A stretch of DNA of 63,312 bases, filler included, from Chiloscyllium plagiosum (GCF_004010195.1; 3 parts of one record of this genome joined end to end with filler, not necessarily neighbours in it), one strand, 5' to 3'; shown: positions 48,275-62,450, counted from the whole stretch's first letter. Numbers and translations are program-made. The notes: generated from the sequence alone by a model not told the origin.

Positions 48275-50373
48275 GCTCAAACATTTTGAAAAGACAGACA
48301 GAATTCTAAGTGGAGCATGTGAAGGTGCAAGGTAACAGCAGGAGATGAGTGAGAAAGGAACAGGAAGTCAGATGAGTCTGGCAGTAAATGAGGAATGACG
48401 AGAATTCGGAAGCACTGGTGGGTGTTGTGGATAGAATTACAGAGTGGCTGCAGTACACAAGGAGGTCACTGTGTGCTGTCATGTCCTCATGTCTCTCTGT
48501 ACTGAGCTGCAGGACATTCCTGCTGTGGCCCTACTATCTTTGGAAGATGATCCAGCTCCCCCCTCTGACAGTGTTGTTGAGCATTCTCTCAGACAGCGAG
48601 CTGCAGATGCTGACGGATCCTTCCAGCCGGCTCTGCTATTCATGGCCGATTGGATTGCAAACGCAAATCCACATGGCTGTCTGTCACCCTTCCTTTGTCA
48701 CCCAGAATCTCTCGCGATCTGCCTGAAAACTGGTCAGCATCTGTGCCCCACATCTCCATGACCCTCAGACTCTGCTTCCAATGTCAGTTCAGGATGACCG
48801 TCTGAGAGAGAGAAAAAAATCACTCTCTTTATCTTAAACATACTTATTTCTGACTTCTCCCATATCTATATCTACATCTATATCTACATAAATATCCTGT
48901 CAGGATTATAGGCTTCAGTCAAGTTCAATCCTGGTCTGTCCAANNNNNNNNNNNNNNNNNNNNNNNNNNNNNNNNNNNNNNNNNNNNNNNNNNNNNNNNN
49001 NNNNNNNNNNNNNNNNNNNNNNNNNNNNNNNNNNNNNNNNNNNNNNNNNNNNNNNNNNNNNNNNNNNNNNNNNNNNNNNNNNNNNNNNNNNNNNNNNNNN
49101 NNNNNNNNNNNNNNNNNNNNNNNNNNNNNNNNNNNNNNNNNNNNNNNNNNNNNNNNNNNNNNNNNNNNNNNNNNNNNNNNNNNNNNNNNNNNNNNNNNNN
49201 NNNNNNNNNNNNNNNNNNNNNNNNNNNNNNNNNNNNNNNNNNNNNNNNNNNNNNNNNNNNNNNNNNNNNNNNNNNNNNNNNNNNNNNNNNNNNNNNNNNN
49301 NNNNNNNNNNNNNNNNNNNNNNNNNNNNNNNNNNNNNNNNNNNNNNNNNNNNNNNNNNNNNNNNNNNNNNNNNNNNNNNNNNNNNNNNNNNNNNNNNNNN
49401 NNNNNNNNNNNNNNNNNNNNNNNNNNNNNNNNNNNNNNNNNNNTTGGTCAGCATGGACAAGGGGGAGTGAAGGGTCTGTTTGTGTGTCCTATGACTCTAT
49501 GTTTCCAAGGTGGTTAGTGAGGTTGTCTGTGTGAACCCACTAACACCTCTAGGATGGTGAGAATCACAATGACATTGTCATGGTGGGTCCAGAGTAAGAG
49601 CTGGTTTTCTGGGATTTGGTGAGGGTCAGGCACTGGGGAAACTTGGGACACTCAACACAATCTGAAAGGCAATCTCTCTCACTGTACCATCACCTGCTTC
49701 TCAGCTCCAGTAACCATGGGAACTGACACCAGAATCATTTACTAAATTATACTTTGTAATGTCTCTGCACATGTGAGGCTGTGAGTAATGTTTTTGTGAG
49801 GATAGATATTACTGCTTATGGTTCGTCTCCGAGACAGGTTGTGATTCTGGGTGACAGACAGTTAGAGAGGAACACCGTGAGTGAGTGTCTGACCGGGTAA
49901 ACCACCTCATTCAGGCTGCTCATGGCCAGCCTTGTTTCAACAAGGAATTAGGAAAACACGGGCCAAAAAATATCATTGACAGATAGAATCCAAGAAAACG
50001 CTGAGGCTTTTTATGTGTATACGGATTACCGGGGAAAGAATGGGACCCATTCGAGATTAAAGCAGTAAACTGTGCAAGCAGCCGGTGCAGGTCAATGGCA
50101 TTAGTGTAGTTTGGTGTTTGTTGGTTAGTACAGAAGTGGTGGGCTGAAGGGACTCAACATGGAGTTATCACATGTGGTCTGACACTACTGTTCCCCATGG
50201 GACCCATCACAGGCTCACCGTGCTCCGAGTCAGCTACACAATTGAAAGTACCGCTCTGTCCCATTTCATCTTCCCAGGATAGACAGGAAAAGGCTAGGAT
50301 CGAGAGAAGCAACACATCTATCTCCACAACATTCAGCTCACTCACTGCCAGGGGGTAGCACTGCATCATACCC

Positions 50374-53300
50374 AGGACCGGGATTGGGACTGGGACCAGG
50401 ACTGGGATCAGGACCAGCACTGGGACTGGGATAGGAATTGGGACTGGGACCAGGATTGGGATCAGGACTGGGATTGAGATCAGGACTGGGATTGGGACTG
50501 GGACTGGGATAGGAATTGGGACTGGGACCGGGATTGGGATCAGGACCGGGATTGGGACCAGGATTGGGACTGGGATAGGAATTGGGACTGGGATTGGGAC
50601 TGGGATAGGAATTGGGATTGGGACCGGGATTGGGATCAGGACTGGGATTGAGATCAGGACCAGGATTGGGACTGGGACTGGGATAGGAATTGGGACTGGG
50701 ACCGGGATTGGGATCAGGACCAGGATTGTGACTGGGACCGGGACTGGGACAGGAATTGGGACTGGGACCGGGATTGGGATCAGGACCAGGATTGGGACTG
50801 GGACCGGGACTGGGACTGGGATTGGGATCAGGACCGGGATTGGGATCAGGACCGGGATTGGGACCAGGATTGGGACTGGGATAGGAATTGGGACTGGGAC
50901 TGGGATTGGGACTGGGACCGGGATTGGGATCAGGACTGGGACCAGGATTGGGACTGGGATAGGAATTGGGACTGGGACCGGGATTGGGACTGGGACCGGG
51001 ATTGGGATCAGGACTGGGACCAGGATTGGGACTGGGATAGGAATTGGGATCAGGACCAGGATTGGGATCAGGACTGGGACTGGGATTGGGACTGGGACCG
51101 GGATTGGGACTGGGGGACTGCAATTGGGATTAGGACTAGGATTGAGATTGGGATTGGAACTGGAACTGGTACTGGGATTGGGATTGGGATTGGGACTGAG
51201 ATTGGGATTAATTTTAGGATTAATCTTTGGCACAACATTGTGGCCAAAGGGCCTGTTCTGTGCTGTCCATTTCTATGTTCTAACTGGGACTGGGACTGGG
51301 ATTGGGACTGGGATTGGGAATGGGTTTGGGATTGGGATTGGGATTGGGACTGGGATTAGAACTGGGATTGGGACAGGGACTAGGAGTGGGTTATGGATTG
51401 GGAGTGGGACTGGAACTGGGACCTGGATTGTGAATGGAACTGGGACCAGTACTAGGATTGGGAATAGGTCTGGGAGCGGGAGCGGGAGTGGGATTGGGTC
51501 TGGGACTGTGACTGTGAATGGGATTGGTATTGGGATTATGACAGGAGTGGCAGCAGGATTGGGAATGGGACAGGTATTGGGATTGGGACTGGGACTGGGA
51601 TTGGGATTGGGACTGGGACTGGTACTCGGATTAGGAGTGGGATTAGGATTGGGACGGGGATTGGGACTGGGACAAGGATTAGGACTGGGATTGGGACTGG
51701 GACTGGGATTGGGATTGCAATTGGGACTGAGATTGGGATTGGGGCAGGGTCTGGAACCGGGACCTGGTTTAGGATTGGGACAGGGACCAGGACCAGGATT
51801 GGGATTGGGATTGGGACAGGGAGTGGGATTGGGATTGGCACTAGGACTGGGACTGGGATTGGTATTGGAATTGGAATTGGGGTTGGGACGGGACCAGCAT
51901 CAAGAATGGGATTGGGATTGGAACTGGGACAGGGACTGGAAACGGGACCTGGATTGGATTGGGATTGGGAATAGTATTGGGATTGGGTCTTGGATTGGGG
52001 TTGGGACTGGGGCTGGTATTAGGACCTGGACCAGAACTGGGACTAGGACTGGGATTGAGACCGTGACCAGGATTGGGACAGGGACCAGGATTCGGACTGA
52101 GACTGTGATTGGGATTGAGACTGGGTCTAGGATTGAGTTTGGGATTAGGACCAGGACCGGGACTGGGTCTAGGATTGAATTTGGGATTAGGACCAGGACC
52201 GGGACTGGGTCTAGGACTGGCACCGTAACCAGGATTGGGACTGGGATCAGGATGGGGATTGTGACCGGGACTGAGATTGGGATTGGGACTGGGACTGGGA
52301 CCAGGCTTGGGGTTGGGTCAGGGGTAATGATTTTGACCAGGATTGGTTCATGGATTGGAACTGGGACTAGGATTGTGACCAGGATAGGACTGGGATTGGG
52401 ACTGGGACCAGGATTGGGATTGTGACTGGGACTGGTACTGGGACCAGGATTGGGATTGGGAACAGACTGGGATTGGGACAGGGACTGGGACTGGGACCAG
52501 GATTGGGATTGGGAACGGACTGGGATTGGGACTGGGACTGGGATTGAGATTGGATTTTAGACTGTGACTAGAACTGGGACCAGGAGTGGGATTGGGAACA
52601 GACTGGGATTGGGACTGGGACTGGGATTATAACTGGGACTGAGATAGGAATTAGAATTGGGACTGGAATTGGGATTGGGACTGGGAACGGGGTTGGGACT
52701 GGGATTGGAACTGGGTCTGGGACCGGGTTTGGGATTGGGATTGGGATAAGGTTTGGGACTGAGTTTGGGATTGGAATTGAGATGAGGACTGGGACTGTGA
52801 CTAGGATTAGGGTGGATAGTGGAATCGAGTTTAGGGCTGGAATTGGGACTGAGATTAGGACTGCATTTGGGACTGGATCAGGATTGGGATTGGGATTAGG
52901 ACTGGGACTGGAATTAGGATTGGAATTAGGACTGCGACTTGGACCGGAAACGGGACCTGGATTCGGATTAGGACTGGACCGACCTTGGGATTGCGATTGG
53001 GACCGTGACCGGGATTAGAATTTGGATTTGGACTGGGACTGGAACCGAAACCTGGATTGGGACTGGGGCCAGGACCAGGACTGGGACTGAGATTGGGACC
53101 AGGACTGAAATTGGGATTGGGACTGGGATCAGAAATGAGATTAGGGTTGGGAATGGGACTGGTATTATGACCAGGACCAGGACTGGGACTAGGACTGGGA
53201 CTGAGATTGGGACCGGGACTGAGATTGAGATTGGGACTGGGATTGGGATTGGGATTGGGATCAGGTCAGGGATTAGATTTGGGACTAGGACTGGGACAGT

Positions 53301-55000
53301 GACCAGGATTGTTACCAGGACTGAGATTGGGATTGTGACTGGGACTGGGACCGGGATTGGGATTGTGACTGGTACTAGGACTAGGATTGGGCTCAAGTCT
53401 GTGATTAGGATTGTGACCAGGATTGGGACTGGGATTGGGTTTGGGAATACGACCAGGACTGGGATTGGGACTGGGACTGGGACCAAGACTGAGATTGGGA
53501 TTGCATGTGGGATTAGGTCTGGGATTGGAACTGGGACCGGGATTTGGTCTGGGATTGGGACTGGGACCAAGATTGGGACTGGGATTGGGATTGGGTTTGG
53601 AACTAGGACTCAAACCGAGACCAGGATTGGGACTAGGATTGAGATTGGGACCAGAATTGGGACCGGGACTGTGTTTGGGATTGTGACCAGGACTGAGATT
53701 GGGATTGGGACTGGGACTGGGAGTTGGGATTGGAATTGTGACTGGTACCGGGACCAGGATTGATTTTGGGGCTGGGATTCGGATTTTGGACTGGGGTGGG
53801 GACATGGATTGGAACTGTGACCAGGATTGGGACTGGGACCGAGTTTGGGATTGGGATTGGGAATAGGATTTTGACTGGGATTGGGACTGGGATTGGAACT
53901 GGGACCGGGATTTGGTCCGAGATTGGGACTGGGACCAGAATTGGGGCTGGGATCGAGATTGGGATGTGGGAATGGGATTGGGATTGGGATTGGGATTGGG
54001 ATAAGGACTGAGGCTGCAACTGGCCTTAGGACTGGGATTTGGATTGAGATTAGGACTAGGACTGGGACCGGGATTGGGATTGGGACTGGGACCAGAATTG
54101 GGATTGGGATTGAGATTGGGACTGGGATTGGAATTGGGACTGGGACCAGGATTGTGATTGAGACTGGGACTGGGATTGGGATTGAGATTAGGACTGAGAC
54201 TGGGACTGCAACCATGACCAGGATTATGACTTGGATCGGGGCTGCAACCGGGATTGGAATTGGAATTGGGATTGGGATTGGGACTGGGATAGGACTGCTA
54301 CTGGGATTGGGATTGGGATTGGGACCGGGATTGGGACTGGGATTGGGTTTGGGGCTGGGACCAGAATTGGTATTGGGATTGGGACTGTGACTGGGACCGA
54401 GACCGAGATTGGGATTTGGTCCAAGATTGGGACTGGGACTGGAATCGGAATCGGAATCGGGTTTGGAATCAGGATTGGGATTGGGTTTGGGACTAAGACT
54501 CAGACCGTGACCAGGATTGGGACTAGGATTGAGATTGGGACCAGAATTTGGGATTGGGACTGGGTTTGGGATTGTGACCCGGACTGAGATTGGGATTGGG
54601 ATTGGGACTGGGACTGGGATTGGGTTTGGGTCTGGGATTAGGATTTTGACTGGGATTGGAACTGGGGCTGGGATTTGGTCTGGAATTAGGATTGGGACCA
54701 GGATTGGGACTAGGAATGGTATTGGGATTGGGATAAGGACAGGGATTGGGACCGGGATTATGTTTGGGATTGAGGAAAATATTGGGACTGGGACTTGGAC
54801 TGCAACTGGGATTAGGACTGGGATTTGGATTGAGATTAGGACTGGGACCGGGACTGGGTTTGGGACTGGGACCAGGATTGGAATTGGGTTTGGGATTGAG
54901 ATTAGGACTGGGACTACAACCACTACAGGATTAGGACTTGGATTGGGGCTGCAAACGGGATTGGGACTGGGATTCGAAGCAGGATTGGGAATGGGATTTG
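50374..55000. repeat. Degenerate hexamer satellite (GGGACT/GGGATT/GGGACC/AGGATT), about 4.6 kb
   Basis: 6-nt periodicity throughout, with a short LINE-tail interruption at about 51225-51282. The GTGI/PIPV ORFs are by-products of the repeat. Confidence 0.97.
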
Positions 55001-57151
55001 ATCCTTTATCAGGGCTGCCTGGGATTCTGTCATGTTGATGGACACAGTGACTGGGAGGGAGATGTCAGTCTCTGTGTGGAAGTGACGATGAGATCACCCA
55101 GATTAGAGTCCCATGTGGTGCTCCATATCAATTCCTACATCATCCATTGCTCTCCTATTAACTGGTATATGTACCACTAGAGGCAGGGCACAGGGAGATC
55201 CCAGGAGAAAGCCTGACTTCCCAATCAGTATGGTTTACCTCTCAAAGACACTTTCAAACATCTGTGTCAGATGGAAGGTTAAATTCCTCTGGTTTATAAA
55301 AAAATTATTTGAGTGACATGGGGGTATCATTGACAGAGTCAGCATTTATTGCCCCTCCCTAGTTGCCCCTTGAGAGGGTGGGGGTGAGCTGCCTTCCTGA
55401 CCCACTGCAGTCCGTGTGCTGGGGGTAGACCCACAATGTCCCTGAGGGAGGGAATTCCAGGATTCGGACCCAGCGACAGTGAGGGAACGGGGAGATATTT
55501 CCCAGTCAGGATGGGGAGGGGCTTGGAGGGGAACTTGCAGGGGGTGGGGTTCCCGTGTGTCTGCTGCCCTTGTCCTTCTGGATGGAAGTGGCCGTGGGTT
55601 TGGAAGGTGCTGTCTGAGGGTCTTTGGTGAGTTTCTGCAGCACATCTTGTAGATAAAGCCAGGTGGACTAACCCCTTCATCGTGATGAAGGGGCAGTGCT
55701 CTGAAAGCTTGTGATTTCAAATAAACCTGTTGGTCTGTAACCTGGTGCTGTGTGACCTCTGACCGTTTCCACCCGACTCCATCAGTGGCCCCTCCACATC
55801 ATCTCTCGTAGCTGGGACCCAGTGCTGAGCGTCGGTGGGGGAGGGAGTGGGTATTTGTGGATGTGGCGCCAGTCAGATTGGGGGGGGGGGGGGGCTTTGT
55901 CCTGGAGGGTGTCAAGCTTCTTAAATGTTGTTGGAGCTGCCCCCATCCGGGGCAAGTGGGGAGTATTCCCTCACCCTCCTGACTTGTGGAAGAAATTAAA
56001 AGCACCACAGGCACAAATGGAATTTGGAAGCAATGAGAAAGTAGCCATTACTGAGCCATAGCTGCAGCATTGACAGGACTGGGACCGAAATAAACAGCAC
56101 TGTAGGTTTACAGGATGGAGAGGGGAAATGGCCGAGAGAGGTGGGGTAACCTGACTGATTAGACAGAAAATTACATCAATGATGGAGATGGTGTAATGAG
56201 GGGAAGATAGACAGAGAGAGAGACTGTTAGGATGTTTTGTTGCAGGCGAGAGTGTGTTGGATTTGCCTGTAAAGGTTACGTGGTAACCTGAGGATCCAGT
56301 CAGTACAGCGAGTTGGTGGAAGTGTGAGCTGAGCTATGTCCAGCGTTGATTGGGAGATCAGGGAGCAGTCTAACCCCCCTGACCACTGTGTGTGTGGGAA
56401 GTGAGACTGGGAGCACCTCCTCACAGAACACATGGCTGGGTTGGACACACTGAGGAACCTGCAGGGGACAGAGAGTGTGATAGACACTTGTTACAGGCAG
56501 TCACCCCACAGGATCAGTCAGGTAGACGGGTGACCGGCTGGGAGTGCAGGAGGCTCCTGATGGCTATTCTCCTCTCAAACAGTATCCAAACATGTGGATA
56601 GGTGGAAAAGGAGCTGGGCAGGTCGGACAAGTCCGGACAGGTCANNNNNNNNNNNNNNNNNNNNNNNNNNNNNNNNNNNNNNNNNNNNNNNNNNNNNNNN
56701 NNNNNNNNNNNNNNNNNNNNNNNNNNNNNNNNNNNNNNNNNNNNNNNNNNNNNNNNNNNNNNNNNNNNNNNNNNNNNNNNNNNNNNNNNNNNNNNNNNNN
56801 NNNNNNNNNNNNNNNNNNNNNNNNNNNNNNNNNNNNNNNNNNNNNNNNNNNNNNNNNNNNNNNNNNNNNNNNNNNNNNNNNNNNNNNNNNNNNNNNNNNN
56901 NNNNNNNNNNNNNNNNNNNNNNNNNNNNNNNNNNNNNNNNNNNNNNNNNNNNNNNNNNNNNNNNNNNNNNNNNNNNNNNNNNNNNNNNNNNNNNNNNNNN
57001 NNNNNNNNNNNNNNNNNNNNNNNNNNNNNNNNNNNNNNNNNNNNNNNNNNNNNNNNNNNNNNNNNNNNNNNNNNNNNNNNNNNNNNNNNNNNNNNNNNNN
57101 NNNNNNNNNNNNNNNNNNNNNNNNNNNNNNNNNNNNNNNNNNNNNNNNNNN

Positions 57152-57890
57152 GGGGCGTTCTGTCCTTGTTACGGTTGGAGGGGTGGGGTTTGAGTGTGGA
57201 GGTGCGGGATGTGGATGAGATGCGTTGGAGGGCATCTTTAACCACGTGGGAAGGGAAATTGCGGTCTCTGAAGAAGGAGGCCATCTGGTGTGTTCTATGG
57301 TGGAACTGCTCCTCCTGGGAGCAGATACGGCGGAGGCGGAGGAATTGGGAATATGGGATGGCATTTTTGCAAGAGGTAGGGTGGGAAGGGGTGTAATCCA
57401 GGTAGCTGTGGGAGTTGGTGGGTTTGTAAAAAATGTCAGTGTCAAGTCGGTTGTCATTATTGGAGATGGAGAGGTCCAGGAAGGGGAGCCAGGTGTCGGA
57501 GATGGTCCAGGTAAATTTAAGGTCAGGGTGGAATGTGTTGGTGAAATTAATGAATTGCCCAACTCCTCGTGGGAGCACGAGGTGGCGCCAATGCAGTCAT
57601 CAATGTAGCGGAGGAAGTGGTGGGGAGTGGTGCCGGTGTAATTACGGGAGATCAACTGTTCTACGTAGCCAACAAAGAGACAGGCATTGCTGGGGCCCAT
57701 ACGTGTGCCCATGGCTACCCGTTTGGTCTGGAGGAAGTGGGAGGATTCAAAGGAGAAATTGTTAAGGGTGAGGACCAGTTCGGCCAAACGAATGAGAGTG
57801 TCGGTGGAGGGGTACTGCTGGGGACATTGGGAGAGGAAGAAACGGAGGGCTTGGAGGCCCTGGTCCTGGCGGATGGAGGTGTAGAGGGAT
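57152..57890 (-). mobile_element. Penelope-like element reverse transcriptase fragment (frameshifted)
   Basis: LTLNNFSF...QTKRVAMGTRMGP...RYIDD / KFT...LPFLDL...YKPTNSHSYLDY.SHP...AIPYSQFLRLRRICS: PLE RT motifs. Confidence 0.92.
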
Positions 57891-57919
57891 TGGATAAACT
57901 TCTATTCTATAATGTATGA

Positions 57920-58430
57920 AGTCTTTCTGACCCCTCTCCAGTTTAATAATCTGCTTCCTTTAACTGAGTGACCAGAACTGGACACAGTATTCCAGAAGAG
58001 GCTTCACAAATGTCCTGCACAACCTCAACATGACGTCCCGACTCCTACACCCAGTGGTCTGAGCAACGAAGGCCAGTGTGCTAAACACCACCTTAACTCC
58101 CTGTCGACGTGATGCAAACTTCAAAGAATTATGTCTCTGAAGCACTCGGTCTCTCTGATCTATGACACAACCCAGGGCTGAACCATTAATTGTATAAGTC
58201 CTGCCCTAGTTTGTTTTTACCAAAATGCAAAACCCCATCTTTCTCCAAATTGAACTCCATCTGCCACTCCTCACACATTAACACAATTGATCAAGATCTC
58301 TTTGTAATCTTCAATAACCTTCTTCGCCGTCCACTCAGCCACCAATTTTGGTGTCATCACAAACTTACCAACCATGCCTCCCATATCCACATTTAAATTG
58401 TTTGTACAAATGACAAATAAACGTGGACCT
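57920..58430 (-). mobile_element. CR1 LINE fragment
   Basis: VKPLLEYCVQFWS and upstream RT remnants. Confidence 0.8.
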
Positions 58431-58439
58431 ATCATATAT

Positions 58440-59320
58440 CCCTATGGCAGCCGGTGACAAGCGGTGTCCCGCAGGGTTCAGTGTTGGGGCCGCGGCTGTA
58501 CACGTTATATATTAATGATCTGGATGAAGGGACTGGGGGCATTCTAGTGAAGTTTGCCGATGATACAAAGTTAGGTGGACAGGCAGGTAGTACTGAGGAA
58601 GTGGGGAGGCTGCAGAAGGATCTAGACAGTTTGGGAGAGTGGTTCAGGAAATGGCTGATGGAATTCAATGTGAGCAAATGCGAGGTCTTGCACTTTGGAA
58701 AAAAGAATACAAGCATGGACTACTTCCTAAACATATAAAAGCACTGTTGTGCTACTGAGATTTTATAAAGCTCTAGTTAGGCCCCATTTGGAGTACTGTG
58801 TCCAGTTTTGGTCCCCACACTTCAGGAGGGACATACTAGCTCTGGAACGCGTCCAGCGGAGATTCACACGGATGATCCCTGGAATGGTAGGTCTAACATA
58901 CGATGATCGGCTGAGGATCCTGGGATTGTGTTCATTAGAGATTAGAAGGTTGAGGGGAGATCTAATAGAAACTTACAAGATAATACATGGCTTAGAAAGG
59001 GTGGACGCTGGGAAGTTATTTCCATCAGGTGGGGAGACTAGGACCCATGGACACAGCCTTAGAATTAGAGGGGGTCAATTTAGAATGGAAATGAGGAGAC
59101 ATTTCTTCAGCCAGAGAGTGGCGGGCCTGTGGAATTCATTGCCGCAGAGTGCAGTGGATGCTGGGAAGTTAAATGTCTTCAAGGCAGAAATTGATAAATT
59201 CTTGATGTCACAAGGAATTAAGGGGATACGGGGAGTGTGGGTACGTGGAATTAAAACATCTGTCAGCCATGATTAAATGTCGGAGTGGACTCGATGGGCC
59301 GAATGGCCTTGCTTCCATCC
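58440..59320 (+). mobile_element. CR1 LINE 3' fragment with internal deletion
   Basis: SGVPQGSVLGP...KFADDTKLGG; LVRPHLEYCVQFWSP...WNSLP. Confidence 0.92.
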
Positions 59321-59859
59321 CTCTGGTCCTCATAAACAACATTCCACCATCCTCCCATCAAGCTGATGCATTGTGGGAGGTCACATGCAAGAGGCAAGTA
59401 TCCAGTAAAAGGCAGGCCCCTTCGGAGCATTGATATACAGAGGGATTGAGGGGTGCAAGAGGGTAAGGTGGGAAAGGAGGTATATAGCATGCTGACCTTC
59501 AACAGTCAGGGCAGTCAATATAAACGTTCGCAAGTCATGTTGCAGCTGTAATGTGGTTAGGCCACATTGGAGTATCGTGTGCATTCCGGTCACCACACTC
59601 GAGGAAGAATACGGAGGCTTTGGAGAGATTTATCAGGATGTTGCCTGGAATGGAGGGTATGAGCTACAAGGAGAGGTTGGAGAGTCAGAGGCTGAGGGGT
59701 GACCTGAGAGAAGGTGATAAAATTCTGAGAGACACAGGAAGGGTGGAACTGGCAAATATTGGGAGGAATAGGTTAAAGGTGAGAGGGGAAAGTTTAAAGG
59801 AAATGTGCAAGGAAAGCTTTTTTTCACACAGAGGGTGGTATGTGGTGGGAAGAGCAGGT

Positions 59860-60998
59860 TCTGAGGGAGGGTCACTCCTGAGAAAGCTGGGTGACTGATC
59901 AAAGGGGGGAAAGCAGTCAGTGGAGGGATCCCCTGTGGTCGTTCCCCTGAAAAACATGTATACCGTTTTGGATACTGTTCAGGGGGACGGCTTACCAGGG
60001 ATATGCAGTGGGGCCCAGGTCTCTGGCACAGAGCCTGTCCCTGTTGCACAGAAGGGGAGGAGGGAAAGGAGGAGAGTGTTAGTCATTGGGGACTCAATAG
60101 TTAGAGGCTCAGATGGGTTTGTAGGGAATGAACAAAACTCGCGGTTGGTGTGTTGCCTCCCAGGTGCAGGGTCCGTGATGTCTCGGATCATACCTTTGGG
60201 GTCCTGAAGGGAGAGGGTGGCCAGCCTCTAATCATTGTCCATGTAAGTACCAACGACATAGGTAGAAAGAGGGATAGGGATGTAAGGCAGGATTTCAGGG
60301 AGCTAGGGTGGAAGCTGAGAGCTAGAACAAACAGAGTTGTTATCTCTGGACATTCTGGGGAAGGTGGGACTTGTACAAACAGGACGGTCTTCACTTGAAC
60401 TTGGCTGGGAAATTTGCTGGTGCTATTCGGGTGGGTTTAAACTAGCTCAGCAGGGGAATGGGAACCGGAGCTGTAGCTGCAGTGTACAGGAGGATGAGAG
60501 TAGGGAGGATAGGGACAGGATTTCAGGGTCACAGGAATGTGCTGGCAGACAGCGAAGTGGTTTGAAGTGCGTCGACTTCAACGCCAGAAGTATTCGAAAT
60601 AAGGTAGGTGAGCTTGCAGCATGGATAGGTACCTGGGACTTCAATATTGTGGCCATTTCGGAGACATGGATAGAGCAGGGTGGGGAATAGATGTTGTAGG
60701 TTCCAGGGTAGAGATCTTGCATTAAGAACAGGCAAGGTGGTAAAAAAGGGGGAGGTGTGGCCTTGTTAGTCAAAGATAGTATAACGGTGGCTGAAAGAAC
60801 TTTTGATGAGGACTCGTCTACTGAGATGGTGTGGGCTGAGGTTAGAAACAGGAGAGGAGAGGTCACACTGCTGGGAGTTTTTTTTATAGGTCTCCGCAGA
60901 GTTCCAGGGAGGTGGAAGAGAGGATTAGCAAAATTATTCTGGGTAGGAGTGAAAGGAAAAGGGTGGTCATTATGGGGGACTTTAACTTCCCCAACATT
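59860..60998 (+). mobile_element. CR1 LINE 5' part: ORF1 SGNH/GDSL esterase remnant and ORF2 APE endonuclease start
   Basis: VLVIGDSIVRG...VHVSTND (esterase); FNARSIRNK...VAISETW...GGGVALLVK...GDFNFPNI (APE); frameshifted. Confidence 0.88.
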
Positions 60999-61239
60999 AG
61001 CGAGTTTTGAGAAGATTTGCCATCAAACTGCCAATCCTAGATGTCGCAGTAGAGCAAGCAGCCAATGGGGAACTTCAAACCAGCGTCTACAGGAAAACAA
61101 CACACACTGACCAAATACTGACCAACAGAAGCAACCATCCCAACACCCACAAACAGAGCTGCATCAGAACGTTATTCCAATGAGCCACCACCCACTGCAG
61201 CACAGAGCGACTGCGCAGAGCAGAGGAAAATCACCCATA

Positions 61240-61780
61240 CTGTGTGGCCTCTGGCCTGTGACCAGTGGAGTGCCACAAGGATCGGTGCTGGGCCCTCTAC
61301 TTTTTGTCATTTACATAAATGATTTGGATGCAAGTATAAGAGGTACAGTTAGTAAGTTTGCAGATGACACCAAAATCAGAGGTGTAGTGGACAGCGAAGA
61401 AGGTTACCTCAGATTACAACAGGATCTGGACCAGATGGGCCAATGGGCTGAGAAGTGGCAGATGGAGTTTAATTCAGATAAATGTGAGGTGCTGCATTTT
61501 GGGAAAGCAAATCTTAGCAGGACTTATACACTTAATGGTAAGGTCCTAGGGAGTGTTGCTGAACAAAGAGACCTCTGAGTGCAGGTACATAGCTCCTTGA
61601 AAGTGGAGTCGCAGGTAGATAGGATAGTGAAGAAGGCGTTTGGTATGCTTTCCTTTATTGGTCAGAGTGTTGAGTACAGGAGTTGGGAGGTGGGAGTAGA
61701 TTGGGTTGGGATATCTGGTCGGCATGGATGAGTTGGACCGAAGGGTCTGTTTCCATGGTGTACATCCGTGTGACTGTATG
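61240..61780 (+). mobile_element. CR1/HER1 LINE fragment nested in Penelope
   Basis: VTSGVPQGSVLGPLLFVIYINDL...KFADDTK...CEVLHFG, ending in the HER1 tail. Confidence 0.9.
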
Positions 61781-62405
61781 ACCTCTATTGGTTACCCAAT
61801 GAACACAGTCCACCGATTTCTCAGCAACAAACTCCAACAAGCAGACAATACACATCCAGAAACTATCGCCACTCTCCCCTACATCAAAGACATCTCGGAA
61901 ATGACTGCCAGACTACTCAGACCCCTTGGTATCATGGTAGCCCACAAACCCACCAACACACTAAAACAGCAGCTAATGAACTTCAAAGCCCTGATACAGA
62001 CAATGAGTAAATCTACTGTCATTTACAAAATACCGTGCGAGGACTGTCACAAACACTACATTGGACAGACAGGCAGAAAACTAGCCACCAGGATACATGA
62101 ACATCAACTAGCCACAAAAGACATGACCCTCTCTCACTGGTATCCTCACCAAGGAAGGACACCACTTCGACTGGGACAACACATCCATCCTAGGACAAGC
62201 CCAAACAGAGACACGCACGAGAATTCCTAGAAGCATGACATTCCAACCGGAACACTATCAACAAACACATTGACTTGGACCCGATTTACCACTCCCTGAG
62301 AAAAAGAACAGGAAATTACATCACCACAGGAAATGACATCACCAACCCAAAGAAACCCAAACATATAAATAGAAGGTAGGAATTTTCAGCAGTGCTTCGC
62401 CTGAG

Positions 62406-62450
62406 GCCCACTGAAGATGTTACCCAGTAGGATGACGAAACGTCTGGAAA
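62406..62450 (+). ncRNA. Minimal hammerhead ribozyme motif in the Penelope 3' terminus
   Basis: CCA-CUGAAGA-U-GUUACCC-AGUA-GGAUGAC-GAAAC-GUC-UGG: core, stem II with one mismatch and one G-U pair, stem I CCA/UGG; lies downstream of the GIY-YIG ORF. Confidence 0.7.

Noticed and set aside
48388..48810. Minus-strand acceptor at about 48803 and nearby ORFs as a dynein exon
   Set aside because: Stops in all three frames shortly after the acceptor and no dynein motif.
50374..55000. Interstitial telomere
   Set aside because: Units are GGGATT/GGGACT, not GGGTTA.
50154..55038. Long ORFs (GTGIGTG, PIPVPV, PNPGPS; up to 565 aa)
   Set aside because: Open in several frames on both strands because the hexamer lacks stops; no splice or domain support.
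55238..55290. Possible small minus-strand exon (RNLTFHLTQMFESVFER)
   Set aside because: Splice-like ends, but I cannot match it to dynein or any other protein.
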